A stretch of DNA of 64,000 bases from contig CM069160.1 in NCBI GenBank assembly GCA_035221665.1, forward strand, positions 1,116,001 to 1,180,000. The letters run 5' to 3'. A program made the position numbers and the translations under genes. This DNA comes from Okamejei kenojei. Lineage: Eukaryota. Position 1 is the stretch's first letter. Each line of letters begins with the position of its first letter. Positions 25,011 to 35,369 of this stretch are shown here, piece after piece. Under the pieces are notes generated by a model that saw only the letters and a program-made list of their open reading frames with translations, was not told the DNA's origin and made no database searches.

Positions 25011-25253
25011 ACCTCAGCAACAATGATCTAATATGGACTGTGTTTGGTTCCACTGCTGACTTCAGATTTACACTTTGATCAGTTTTGCAATTACTGATTA
25101 TTAATGTATTGTACAATTATTTATGTTGCTGCGTTAATGGGCTGATAAAGCTGCAGGAAGTGGGAATTCCATTGTTCCATTGTCAGTACATATGGGGTTA
25201 AAACACACTTGACTTGTTTCTTTATCCAAAAAAGGTTTCAGAAATAAATCCTA

Positions 25254-25295
25254 CCCGGCAACAGGTGACAAACTGTAACCACACTGCTGCATTGG
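25254..25295 (+). promoter_or_regulatory. X1/X2-Y module (duplicon copy F)
   Basis: CCCGGCAACAGGTG + 23 nt + ATTGG (25291). Confidence 0.7.
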
Positions 25296-26793
25296 CTAGT
25301 TTTGCTAGTTTGTTGGCCAGCGACGTGAGAGGTTTACTTTGTTTCTCTACTGCCTGGAGTTGGTGATTTCCCAGACAAACCCTCCCCCACTGAGCCATCT
25401 GAACGAGCTCTCTGACTTCATGAAACCCTCTCAGCGCCTGGGATGGCCACTGGTCCCTCACAAGCGCCCCCTCGCTCTTCCCTTCCTCACCCACCCCACC
25501 TCTGGATCATCATACTGTATGTGTTCTCCTCACCCTGACTGCCACCCTCTCCAGCACCCTGCAAATCCCTGGTTTGTGATCTCCATTCGCCATAAACTAT
25601 ATCCTTTGTCCTCCTCGCACCACGGCCACCATATGGATCACCTGCCGCTGTTTCTAATTCCACACCCTCTGCCCATTGCCCACTGTTCAACTATACCCCA
25701 GCACCAACCACCATTTGCACTCATACCACGGTTCAATTTCAGTATACCAGACGTTCAGTTTGTGCCGGTTACTGACAGGTACTAATTAAATTCATCCATT
25801 GTACTTCAGCATCAGTCACCACCTTTAACCTGCTGGGCTTCCAACCTTCTCCGTTAGTTCTAGTTCTAGTTCACATCCAGAGGAAGAATATGTCAGGTAT
25901 ACATTGCTTATGAGAGCAAGCAATTCCTTGGGAGCAGATGCGATGTAGGAGTGCACTAAAAAATCAGGAGGGACACAAATTATCTTGGCAGATATGTCAT
26001 CGAACATTCCATGAGATTCTACGTGTACATTAACAGGGGATGGAAAAAAGTTAAACTTGGGAGATCTCTCCTTATCTAAACACCTTCTTGTTTTCTTTCA
26101 CTTCTAGCTTTTGTTGAAGGTAGAATGAAAGAACTGCAGATGCTGGTTAAGCTCAAATGGACACAAGTACTTGGTGTAACTCAGCAGGTTAAGCTAGCAA
26201 CATGGAGAAAATTGGATCGATGATGTTTCTGTCAACACGTTCTTTGATAGATTTGTAATTGAGGGGAGGAAGGGGTAGAGCAATGGGCAGGTAGACACAG
26301 GTGAGGGGAGGTTTGGGAAGATAGATGATTGGAACAAAAGGCCAGAGATAAATACAGAAGGTGTGAGACGAGTTTTGAAGATTCTTTTGTCACTTTCTCC
26401 AACCATCCATCAATCACCACCTTCACCTGTATCCACCTGGCACTTGTCCATCTTTGTCCCGCCCTCATGTCTCTTTTCCAGCTTTCTACACCCCACAACA
26501 ATCAGATGAAAGAAGGGTCGCAACCAGAAACGTCATCTGTCCATTCCCTCCACAGATGCTGTCTGACCCACTGAGTTCCTCCAGCACTGTTTTGAGTTTG
26601 AGTTTAGTTTATTGCGACATGTACTAAGGTACAGTGAAAAGCTTTTGTGTGCTAACCAGTCAGCGGAGAGACAATACGTGCGTTATTATGTTCCCCTTTC
26701 GCTGCCATCCTTCACCTCTATTTACCACTCCCTCAGATACAGATGATCTCTACGAATCCTAGTCCCAAAAACAGACTTCAAAAAACCATCCTA

Positions 26794-26833
26794 CCGGCCA
26801 ACAGATGACAAAGTACAGCCGCGCCTTCATTGG
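26794..26833 (+). promoter_or_regulatory. X1/X2-Y module (duplicon copy G)
   Basis: CCGGCCAACAGATG + 21 nt + ATTGG (26829); flanks 26690-27000 homologous to copies B, D and E. Confidence 0.6.
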
Positions 26834-27929
26834 CATGTTTACTCCCATGTTTGGAGTGCGGTTTGGGAGGCTGCACTCTGTTTCTCTGTTGCTTGTGGCT
26901 GATATATTACTGACCCAAACCCCCTCCCCCCCCCAGTGACCCGTCTGAAGAAGCTAGCTTGCTTCAATCCCGGGAAAAGACCACGGCATATCCCCAACTA
27001 AACACTCACCCCCCCCCCCCTCCCCACTCTGGATGGTTCACTAGACCTGGTCCCAACCATCACTGGCATAGCGGCCATGGAAGCAAGCCCAATGCCTCCC
27101 GCTCAGGAAGTTTGACATGGCCCAAAGATATTACCAATTTCTAATATGCTATCAGACATACTGCCAGCATTTCTGCCGAAAACTCCTCATCGCATCCCTA
27201 CAAAAATCCCAAACACATTGCTTGGTATGCATAATCTCTTTTCCACCCCTCCTATACCATAATTATACCCATCCCTCAATCTTACCCCCAATTCATAATC
27301 ATCATACAAACCCCCATCTCCTACCTCAACCCATATCTTCAACAATCCTTAATTTCCTCCCATTCTTAATAACCCCCCCCCNNNNNNNNNNNNNNNNNNN
27401 NNNNNNNNNNNNNNNNNNNNNNNNNNNNNNNNNNNNNNNNNNNNNNNNNNNNNNNNNNNNNNNNNNNNNNNNNNNNNNNNNNNNNNNNNNNNNNNNNNNN
27501 NNNNNNNNNNNNNNNNNNNNNNNNNNNNNNNNNNNNNNNNNNNNNNNNNNNNNNNNNNNNNNNNNNNNNNNNNNNNNNNNNNNNNNNNNNNNNNNNNNNN
27601 NNNNNNNNNNNNNNNNNNNNNNNNNNNNNNNNNNNNNNNNNNNNNNNNNNNNNNNNNNNNNNNNNNNNNNNNNNNNNNNNNNNNNNNNNNNNNNNNNNNN
27701 NNNNNNNNNNNNNNNNNNNNNNNNNNNNNNNNNNNNNNNNNNNNNNNNNNNNNNNNNNNNNNNNNNNNNNNNNNNNNNNNNNNNNNNNNNNNNNNNNNNN
27801 NNNNNNNNNNNNNNNNNNNNNNNNNNNNNNNNNNNNNNNNNNNNNNNNNNNNNNNNNNNNNNNNNNNNNNNNNNNNNNNNNAGTACTATTTTGCAACAAG
27901 GATCGAGCTGTGAATTGAGGCGAACTTAC

Positions 27930-27958
27930 ATAAGGGTGGATTGTAGCGCTGCTTCCCG
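27930..27958 (-). CDS. MHC class I cytoplasmic exon
   Basis: ttttacAG|CGGGAAGCAGCGCTACAATCCACCCTTAT|GTaagt; encodes the YNP motif typical of shark class I tails; 29 nt (likely a 1-nt indel). Confidence 0.7.
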
Positions 27959-28039
27959 CTGTAAAACACTCCAGAAAGTTAGTGATGCGAGGCCCGCTAC
28001 CTGATGGGTCTAAACACACAGACTCCACGGCTGCCCCGT

Positions 28040-28800
28040 GTGGAGGGGCAGGAGAGGCGGTGGGGGTGGGTGTCGGAGAGGTGGGGTGAGGGCGGAGGAT
28101 AAGTTGGGGTATGGGGGTTGGGGGTTGGACAGACGGTGAGGTGGGGAGGGGGGGTGGAGAGGCGGGGGTGGGGGTTGGAGATCGGTTGGGGAGTGGGGGG
28201 GTTGGACAGATGGGGTGGGGTGTGGAGGGGGGTGGAGAAGGCGGGGGTGGGGGTTGGAGAGGTGGGGATGGGGAGGGTTGGACAGATGGGGTGGGGTGGG
28301 GATGGGGGGGGTTGGACTGACGGCGTGGGGGATTGAGGGCGGGAGTTGGACAGCGGGGCGGGGCGGGGGGGTCGGATATTAGGGGGGGGTTGGACAGAAG
28401 GGGTAGGGGGTCGGAAGAGGCGGGGTGGGGGTGGTTCGGGATATCGGGGGGGTGGAGAGCGGGGTGGGGGGTTGGCGTGTTGGGGAGGGGGGGTTGGAAG
28501 ATGGGGTGGGTAGGGGAGGGGGGGTTGAAAGACGGGATGGGGGGGGGTCGGAGGGTGGGGGAGGGGTTGGACAGACGGGGCGGGGGGGTCGGGGATATAG
28601 ATGGGGGGTTGGACAGAAGGGGTAGGGGGTCGGAAGAGAAGAGGCGGGGCGTGGGGCGGAGGTGGTAGGAAATACAGGGGGGGGGGGTGGAGAGGCGAGG
28701 GTCGGGCGAGAGGCCGGTGGGGCGGGGGTCGTGGAGGTAGGTTGGGGTGTCTGTGGTAGAGGGAGCTTCACAGCTTCCTGGGGGGAGGGTGGACGGGGGA
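28040..28800. repeat. G-rich low-complexity intronic repeat
   Basis: Runs of G with recurrent GGTTGGACAGA. Confidence 0.8.
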
Positions 28801-28830
28801 CGGGGGCAGCCCTTCCGCCGCCCATACTAC

Positions 28831-28920
28831 CTTGTTCTTCTTCCAGTTGAGGATCCCCCACGCCTCTAGGCCACACCAGGACAACGAGCACAAGCAATGA
28901 GCGGGAACCTTGTTGCTGGA
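28831..28920 (-). CDS. MHC class I transmembrane exon (frameshifted)
   Basis: AG/GT bounded; reads ..LLVLVVLV..GVG then ILNWKKNK (hydrophobic span and basic stop-transfer) across indels. Confidence 0.7.
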
Positions 28921-29254
28921 CTTGCGGACAGTCAGAGATCACAGGGACATGTGGGGCGGGCGTGAGGGACAGAGAGCGGGTTCGCGGCTGCCCTCCCCCA
29001 CCCCCTTCTTACCTAACCTCCGTCTTCACTCACCCCTACCCTTCTCATCTTCCTCACTCTCCCTCCCTGCCGCACCCTTCTCACCCTATCCCCCCTCTCT
29101 ATCCCTCCCCTACCTTTCCTCCTCTCTCACTCCCCTCGGCCTATCCGTCCCCTTCGCATCCCCCCCTCCACTGCTAACCCTTCAGCTCCAACTCTCTTGA
29201 TCCCCTTTCCCTCATCTTCCCATTCCCTTACCCTTCTCCACTTTCCATCCCAGC

Positions 29255-29820
29255 CCCTTGTGTACAGTTTAGGTTCATACTTTGAGGAAGAGACATCATT
29301 GTGATTGAGGCAGTGCAGGTAGGTTTCACGAGATTGATCCCCTGGGATGGCGGGGACTGTCATATGAGGAAAAGATTGAAACGACTTGGCTTGTATCACT
29401 GGAGTTTAGAAGGATGAGGGGGGGGATCTGTATAGAAACATATTTAAAATTATAGATGGTCTGGAACAAGCAAGATGCAGGAAAAATGTTCTAATGTTGG
29501 GCGAGTTCCAGAACCAGGGGCACAGTGCTTTAGAAAAAGGGCAGAGGTCATTCAGACTGAGGTGAGAGAAAACTTTTTCCAGTGAGTTGTTGAATTTGTG
29601 GATTCCCTGCCACAGAGGGCAGTGGATGGCCAAGTAACTGGATGGATTTAAGGAGAGTTGGATAGAGCTCTAGGGGCTGGGTGGAGTCAAGCGGATTGGG
29701 ACGAAGAAGCAGGCACGGGTTATTGATAGCGGACGATCTGCCTATGATCACAATGAAAGGCGGGTGCTAGCTCAAGGGACGAATGCCTCCTCCTGCACCC
29801 GTTTTCTATGTTTCTATGCC
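29255..29820 (+). mobile_element. CR1/HER1-type LINE 3' fragment in a class I intron
   Basis: Indel-rich copy of the same 3' end. Confidence 0.85.
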
Positions 29821-29908
29821 ATGCCCTCTCCAACTTCTTCCCCCTCCGGTTCCTTCACCATTCCCTCCAAAACGCCGCACCTCCCCATCTCTCCCCCACC
29901 CCACTCAC

Positions 29909-30170
29909 CGGAAGACTCGAGGGTCCTTGGGACAGCCCCGGGTGCTCCACACGGCAGGAGAGCGGGTCGTGTCCCCGGGCTCCACGTCGGCCCAGCGGTG
30001 CGCTGGAAGGTGCCTTCGTTGGTTGGGCAGCGTCCGTGGGAGAGGTCTCTAATCCAGGAACAGGCCCGTCCCGCACCAGGTTCACCTCGATGGAGTGCGG
30101 GTAGAGCCCGTGGTGAAACACGGACACGCGGCCGCCATTGGCCGGACAGGAAGATGCACCTCGGGGTGAA
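29909..30170 (-). CDS. MHC class I alpha3 (Ig C1) exon (frameshifted)
   Basis: cccacAG|TTCACCCCGAG...|GTgagt; VHPEV..C..TG-LYPHSIEVNLVRDG..LPN.EGTFQ..SCRVEHPGL. Confidence 0.88.
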
Positions 30171-30184
30171 CTGTGGGAGAGGAC

Positions 30185-31100
30185 ATTGAGGGGGAGACAG
30201 TGAGGGGGGACGGTGAGGGGTGGACGTGAGGGGGGGACGGCGAGGGGGGAGACAGTGAGGGGGGGACGGCGGATGGGGGAGACAGTGAGGGGGGGGACGG
30301 TGAGGGGGGGACAAGGTGAGGGGGGGACGGCAGGAGGTGGGAGACAGTGAGGGGTTGGACTGGAGGGGGGAGACAGTGGGGGGGAAAGGGGGGGACGGCG
30401 AGGGGGAGACAGTGAGGGACGGGGTGACGGCGAGGGGTGGGGACAGTGAAGGGGGGGTGACGGCGACGGGGGCTGGTGACGGCCGAGCGGGGGGAGACTG
30501 GCGGAGGGGGGTGGAGACGGCCGAGGGGGGGAGACGGCGAGGGGGGGAGACGGCGAGGGGGTGGTGACGGCGAGTGGGGGAGACGGCGAGGGGGGGTGAC
30601 GGCGTGGGGGGGGTGACGGGCGAGGGGGGAGACGGCGAGGGGAGGGCGACGGCGACGGGGGGGGGAGACGGCGAGGGGGGGAGACGGCGAGGGGGGAGAT
30701 GGTGGGGGGGTGTGGGAGATGGTGAGGGGGGAGATGGGGGAGATGATTGAGGGGGCGAGGGGGGGGACGGCGAGGGGGGAGACATCGGAGGGGAGATGGT
30801 GAGGGGGAGACGGCGAGGGGGAGATGGTGAAGGGGGTGAGGGGTGCGAGTGGGGAGACGGCGAGGGGGATGGTGAGGGGGCGAGGGGGGAGTCGGCGAAG
30901 GGGAGTTGGTGGGATGAGTCGGTTGAGGGGGTGTGTATTGAGGGGGGCAGGGATGGTGAGGGGAGGGACGGTGGGGTGGGAGACGGTGGGGGGGAAAGGT
31001 GTGGGGGGGGGAGAAGGTGGGGGGGAGACAGTGAGGGGGGAGACAGAGGGGGAATACAGAGGAGGGGGGTAGGTGGTGGACAGAGAGTCGCAGGAGGGAA
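30185..31100. repeat. G-rich minisatellite (GGGGGAGACGGCGAG-like) in the alpha2-alpha3 intron
   Basis: Tandem ~15-17 bp units; they account for the Pro-rich ORFs 29814-31167. Confidence 0.85.
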
Positions 31101-31590
31101 AAGAAATAGGTTGCAGGTGGGAGGCCATACGGCCTTCGAGCCAAGCACCGCCATTCAATTTGATCAAGGCTGATCTCCCAATCAGTACCCCGTTACTGCC
31201 TTCCTCCCAATATCCCTGACCGTATTTTTAGGACCCGATCCTGCTCTCTCATTGAAAAGCAACAGAGAACTGCCTCCACCGCCTCTGAGGCAGAGAGAGG
31301 AATTCCACAGATCACATCTCTGTGAGAAAAAGTGTTACCTCGATCTCCGTTTCTAAATGGCTTACTCCTTATTCTTAAACTGTGGCCCCTGGTTTGGACT
31401 CCCCCACATCGCGAACATGTTTCTGCCTCTAGCGTGTCCAAGCCCCTTAATATCTTATAAGTTTCTGTGAGATATCCTTCATCCTCTAAAACTCCAGAGT
31501 GTACAAGCCCAAGCTGCTCTTTTCTCAGCATATGACAGTCCTCCTGCCATCCCGGGAATTAACTTGAAAACCTACGCTGCACCTCCCTCA
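31100..31590 (-). mobile_element. CR1/HER1-type LINE 3' fragment
   Basis: ETYKILRGLDTLEA..TRGHSLRIRSKPF. Confidence 0.85.
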
Positions 31591-31771
31591 AGGAGGGGGT
31601 CACTAGAGGAAAGGGCACAAAGGTGGGGAGTGAGCACAGTGGGGTTGGGTGGGGGACACGGGGGGCGGGGGACTGAGAGGGGCGGAACCACAGAGGGTGG
31701 TGGGGGCGGGGCACCGAGATGAGGGGGATAAGGAAAGCAACAGCATGACCCTGACCCCCAGACCCACTCAC

Positions 31772-32049
31772 CGGGGCTGTGTTGACTCTGTCCGGCCTGG
31801 ACATATTTCTGCAGCCACTCGATGCACGTCTCCTCCAGGTATGCTTTGTCCTGTTGTAGCCCCCCCTTGTTCCGTTCCCACTTGTATTTGGTCAAAACCC
31901 CCAGGGGACGGGCGTCACCCACACCATGTGTCCTTGTCGTAGCTGATGATAGTCCTTCCGGGGTTTTCCCAGCCGACCTTGTAAAACCCGGCGGTGGAAG
32001 CCGTCCGCGCGAAGCTCACAGCCGCACATCATCTGGGCTGTGTGGATCC
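31772..32049 (-). CDS. MHC class I alpha2 exon (frameshifted)
   Basis: ttgcAG|GGATCCAC...CCCCG|GTgagt; GIHTAQMMCGCELRADG..GFY..IISYDK..MVWVTPVPWG-VLTKYKWERNKGGLQQDKAYLEETCIEWLQKYV. Confidence 0.93.
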
Positions 32050-32962
32050 CTGCAACACACGGCCAGCAGTGGTGGGGGCTTTCCGTATCACCACCCCCAT
32101 TAAAACCAATCACACCACACACCAGCAGTGGAGTGGGCTTTCCGATATCACACCCCCCCCCCACANNNNNNNNNNNNNNNNNNNNNNNNNNNNNNNNNNN
32201 NNNNNNNNNNNNNNNNNNNNNNNNNNNNNNNNNNNNNNNNNNNNNNNNNNNNNNNNNNNNNNNNNNNNNNNNNNNNNNNNNNNNNNNNNNNNNNNNNNNN
32301 NNNNNNNNNNNNNNNNNNNNNNNNNNNNNNNNNNNNNNNNNNNNNNNNNNNNNNNNNNNNNNNNNNNNNNNNNACACAACACANNNNNNNNNNNNNNNNN
32401 NNNNNNNNNNNNNNNNNNNNNNNNNNNNNNNNNNNNNNNNNNNNNNNNNNNNNNNNNNNNNNNNNNNNNNNNNNNNNNNNNNNNNNNNNNNNNNNNNNNN
32501 NNNNNNNNNNNNNNNNNNNNNNNNNNNNNNNNNNNNNNNNNNNNNNNNACCACACCACACACACCATCACACACACGGAGGCAGTGGAGGGGCTTACGTA
32601 TCACTACACCCCCCCCCACACACACACACTGACCGGCAGTGGTGGGGCTTTCCACATCCTTCCACAACCACAACACCACACACACACACACACACACCAT
32701 GGTCTCTACCCCCTACCCATCAACACACACACAACCAGATGGTTCTACCCCCTACCAACACACACGCACCACCACCGCGTGGTTCTCTGCCCCTCCCTCT
32801 CAACACCACACACACACACAAGCTGTGTTCTCTCTGCCCCTCCCCCTCATCACACACACACACACACTCACACACACACACGGGCTTCTAACCCTTTCCC
32901 AACCCCAGCATCACAATCTGGACCCCAAACCACAGGTAAGTACCCCCGCCCCCACGCATCAC

Positions 32963-33222
32963 CCACGGTCGGTTGGTCCTCAGCCTGCTGGTCGGTCATT
33001 GGCCATTGATTTCTGGCTCCCTTCCCCGGCGTTTCAGTGTCTCCCGCTTCCCAGAGTATCGGAAGCCTGACTTCTCGCCACTCCACTGATGCGTTGCACC
33101 TTGATCCGGGTACGCTGTCGTCGTAATAATGCTCCTCGTCCACGTATCCCACCGCCGGTGAACTCAGGGACCCCCCCAGCCCGGGGTCACCCCGTGTAGA
33201 GGTAACGGAGCGTTGTAGGGAC
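32963..33222 (-). CDS. MHC class I alpha1 exon (frameshifted)
   Basis: tttccAG|GTCCC...; TLRYLYTG-VTPG..VPEFT-AVGYVDEE..YYD.S...W.RET....LRTN; about 260 nt. Confidence 0.87.
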
Positions 33223-33294
33223 CTGGAAACCGGGGCAGGGAAGTGGAGTCAAACAGTTCGGGACCAGACCCCAACCCATCACAACCCGATCATT

Positions 33295-34072
33295 TACTAT
33301 CTAAAATGGCTTAAGTTGGGAAAAGGGGAAGTACAACGGGATCTGGGGCTCCTTGTACATCAGTCTGTTGAAAGTAAGCATGCAGAGTTACAGCAGGAAG
33401 TGAGAAAGCGAATGCGTGTTGCCTTTTATAACAAGAGGAATCGAATATGGAAGGAAAGGAAAGAGGTCCATCTACAGTTGTACAGAGCCTAGTGAGACCA
33501 CATGGAGTATTGTGTGCTGTTTTGGTCCCTAATTTGAGGGAAGGACATTCTTATAAGTGAGGGAGGTGCAGCGTAGATTTACAGGTTAATTCCCGGGATG
33601 GCGTGACTGTCATTTTCTGAGAGAATGGAGCAGCTGGGCTTGTACACTCTGGGAGTTAGAAGGATGAGAGGGGCACTCATTGAAAACATATAAGATTGTT
33701 AAGGGCTTGGAATGCTAAGAGGCAGGAAACAGGTTCCGCTGTTGGGTGAAGTCCAGAACCAGGGGGCCGCAGTTTAAGAATAAGGATGAAGCCATTTCGA
33801 ACGGAGACGAGGGGAAAAACTTTTTCTCACAGAGAGTGGTGAGTCTGTGGAAATTCTCCTGAGCAGGGGCGAGTGGAGAGGACCAGGTTCTATTGGGATG
33901 GTTTAAAAAGAGAGCCAGTTAGGGCTCTTAAAAAATAAGCAGTCAGGGGATATGGGGAGAAGGCGAGGAACGGGGTACTGATTGGGGATGATCAGCCGAT
34001 GATTCACATTGAATGGCTGGTGCTGGGCTTCGAAGAGACCGACTGGCTCCTCCTGCACCCATTGTCTATTGT
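33295..34072 (+). mobile_element. CR1/HER1-type LINE 3' fragment (class I intron 1)
   Basis: Indel-rich copy. Confidence 0.85.
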
Positions 34073-34764
34073 CTTTACCCCAGCCACACCCCACCCCACA
34101 CACACCCCGCTCCAACAACACCCCACTCGCTTTTCCCCCCCAGACTCACACCACCCACTCAAGGACATCCGCCCTGACCCACAAACCCAAACGGAGGGCT
34201 GACACCTACCCGACACTTCCTAACCCTCCCGTCTCGCCCCGCCACCCCGGGGAGGTGACCATGTAACCTCACCCACACCACCCTTCCTACGAAGGCAACC
34301 TGCCTACAGACCCTCTTCCCCCCCCCCTCCCCCAGCCCCCCCCCCTCCACCATCCAACAATTTCAACCCCAATCCCCCAGAAGAACAGAAGGGTGGGGAG
34401 GGGCAGAGACCGACAGCGGAGGGTTGTGGGGGAGAGGACAGGGACTATCGTTGATGAGGGGCGTGGTAGACACGGATCATCAATGGAGGGATGGGAGGGG
34501 GATAAGAGAGGAACCCACGGCTAGTGGAAGGGGGGGACTTCCAGTAGGGAAAGCGGCTATGAAACATCAATGGCCAGTCGATTAAAAGAAAATGCCAAGG
34601 ATAAGGAGGCGATGGACATGGATATTCAAGGGCCTGATGGACCATCTAACAGGGGGTTTGGCTTTGACAAAAAAAGAAGACTGTAAACCGCCTTGATGAA
34701 GAACTTTGGAATCTTCCCATACTGCAGACAAGGTCCTTTGTTTGAGAATTAAGTAGAGAGGGTG

Positions 34765-35055
34765 GTGGGCACTGTGTGGCGCAGCTCTAGAGCATGCCTG
34801 ACAGCGCAAGAGACCGGGTCGATCCAACTAGGGTGTTGTCTGTTACGGAGTTTGCCGTTTCTCCTGTGACTGCATGGGTGATCTCTGAGATTCCGGCTTC
34901 TCCAAAGGTTTGTACGGGTTTATAGATAATTGGGCCTGGTGCAAAAATGTATAATTGTCTCTAGTGTGTATGGATAGTTGGTAATTGCGGGGAAGGTATT
35001 GGGCGGTGCTGAATCGTGTGGCCAAAGGGCCTGTTTTACGCGCTTACTCTCCAAA
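34765..35055 (+). mobile_element. tRNA-derived V-SINE (HE1-like)
   Basis: A-box-like TGGCGCAG, B-box-like GGTCGATCC, V-domain GGAGTTTG..TCTCC..TGCATGGG; related pieces at 15458-15680, 41455-41630 and 46410-46530. Confidence 0.7.
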
Positions 35056-35369
35056 AACTAATCTAAAAAAGCTAAACATAGAGATAATCTAGGGAATTGG
35101 AGGGTCCGTTGGGGTCCAAATCCAATTCCCTGAAAGTGGTTAACACAAGTACCAGAGTTTCGGTAACGTCGGCACATGGTATGCTTGCGTTATCGGTCAG
35201 GGCATTGAGTACAGAGTCAGGAAGACGTGTTGCAGATTTCATACCACATGATTAGGCTGCCATTTGGAGTATTGGCGTACAGTTTTGGACATCCCATTAA
35301 AGGATCGACGGGGAGGCTTTGAAGGATGTGGTGGTGGCTTTTTGAAGAGCTCCCGGCAATAGCAAATTC

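Noticed and set aside
27117-28028. ORFs containing X runs (also 31892-33009 and 61314-61769)
   Set aside because: Artefacts of N gaps
29814-31167. Pro-rich 361-446 aa ORFs
   Set aside because: C-rich intronic repeat; only 29909-30170 is genuine (alpha3 exon)
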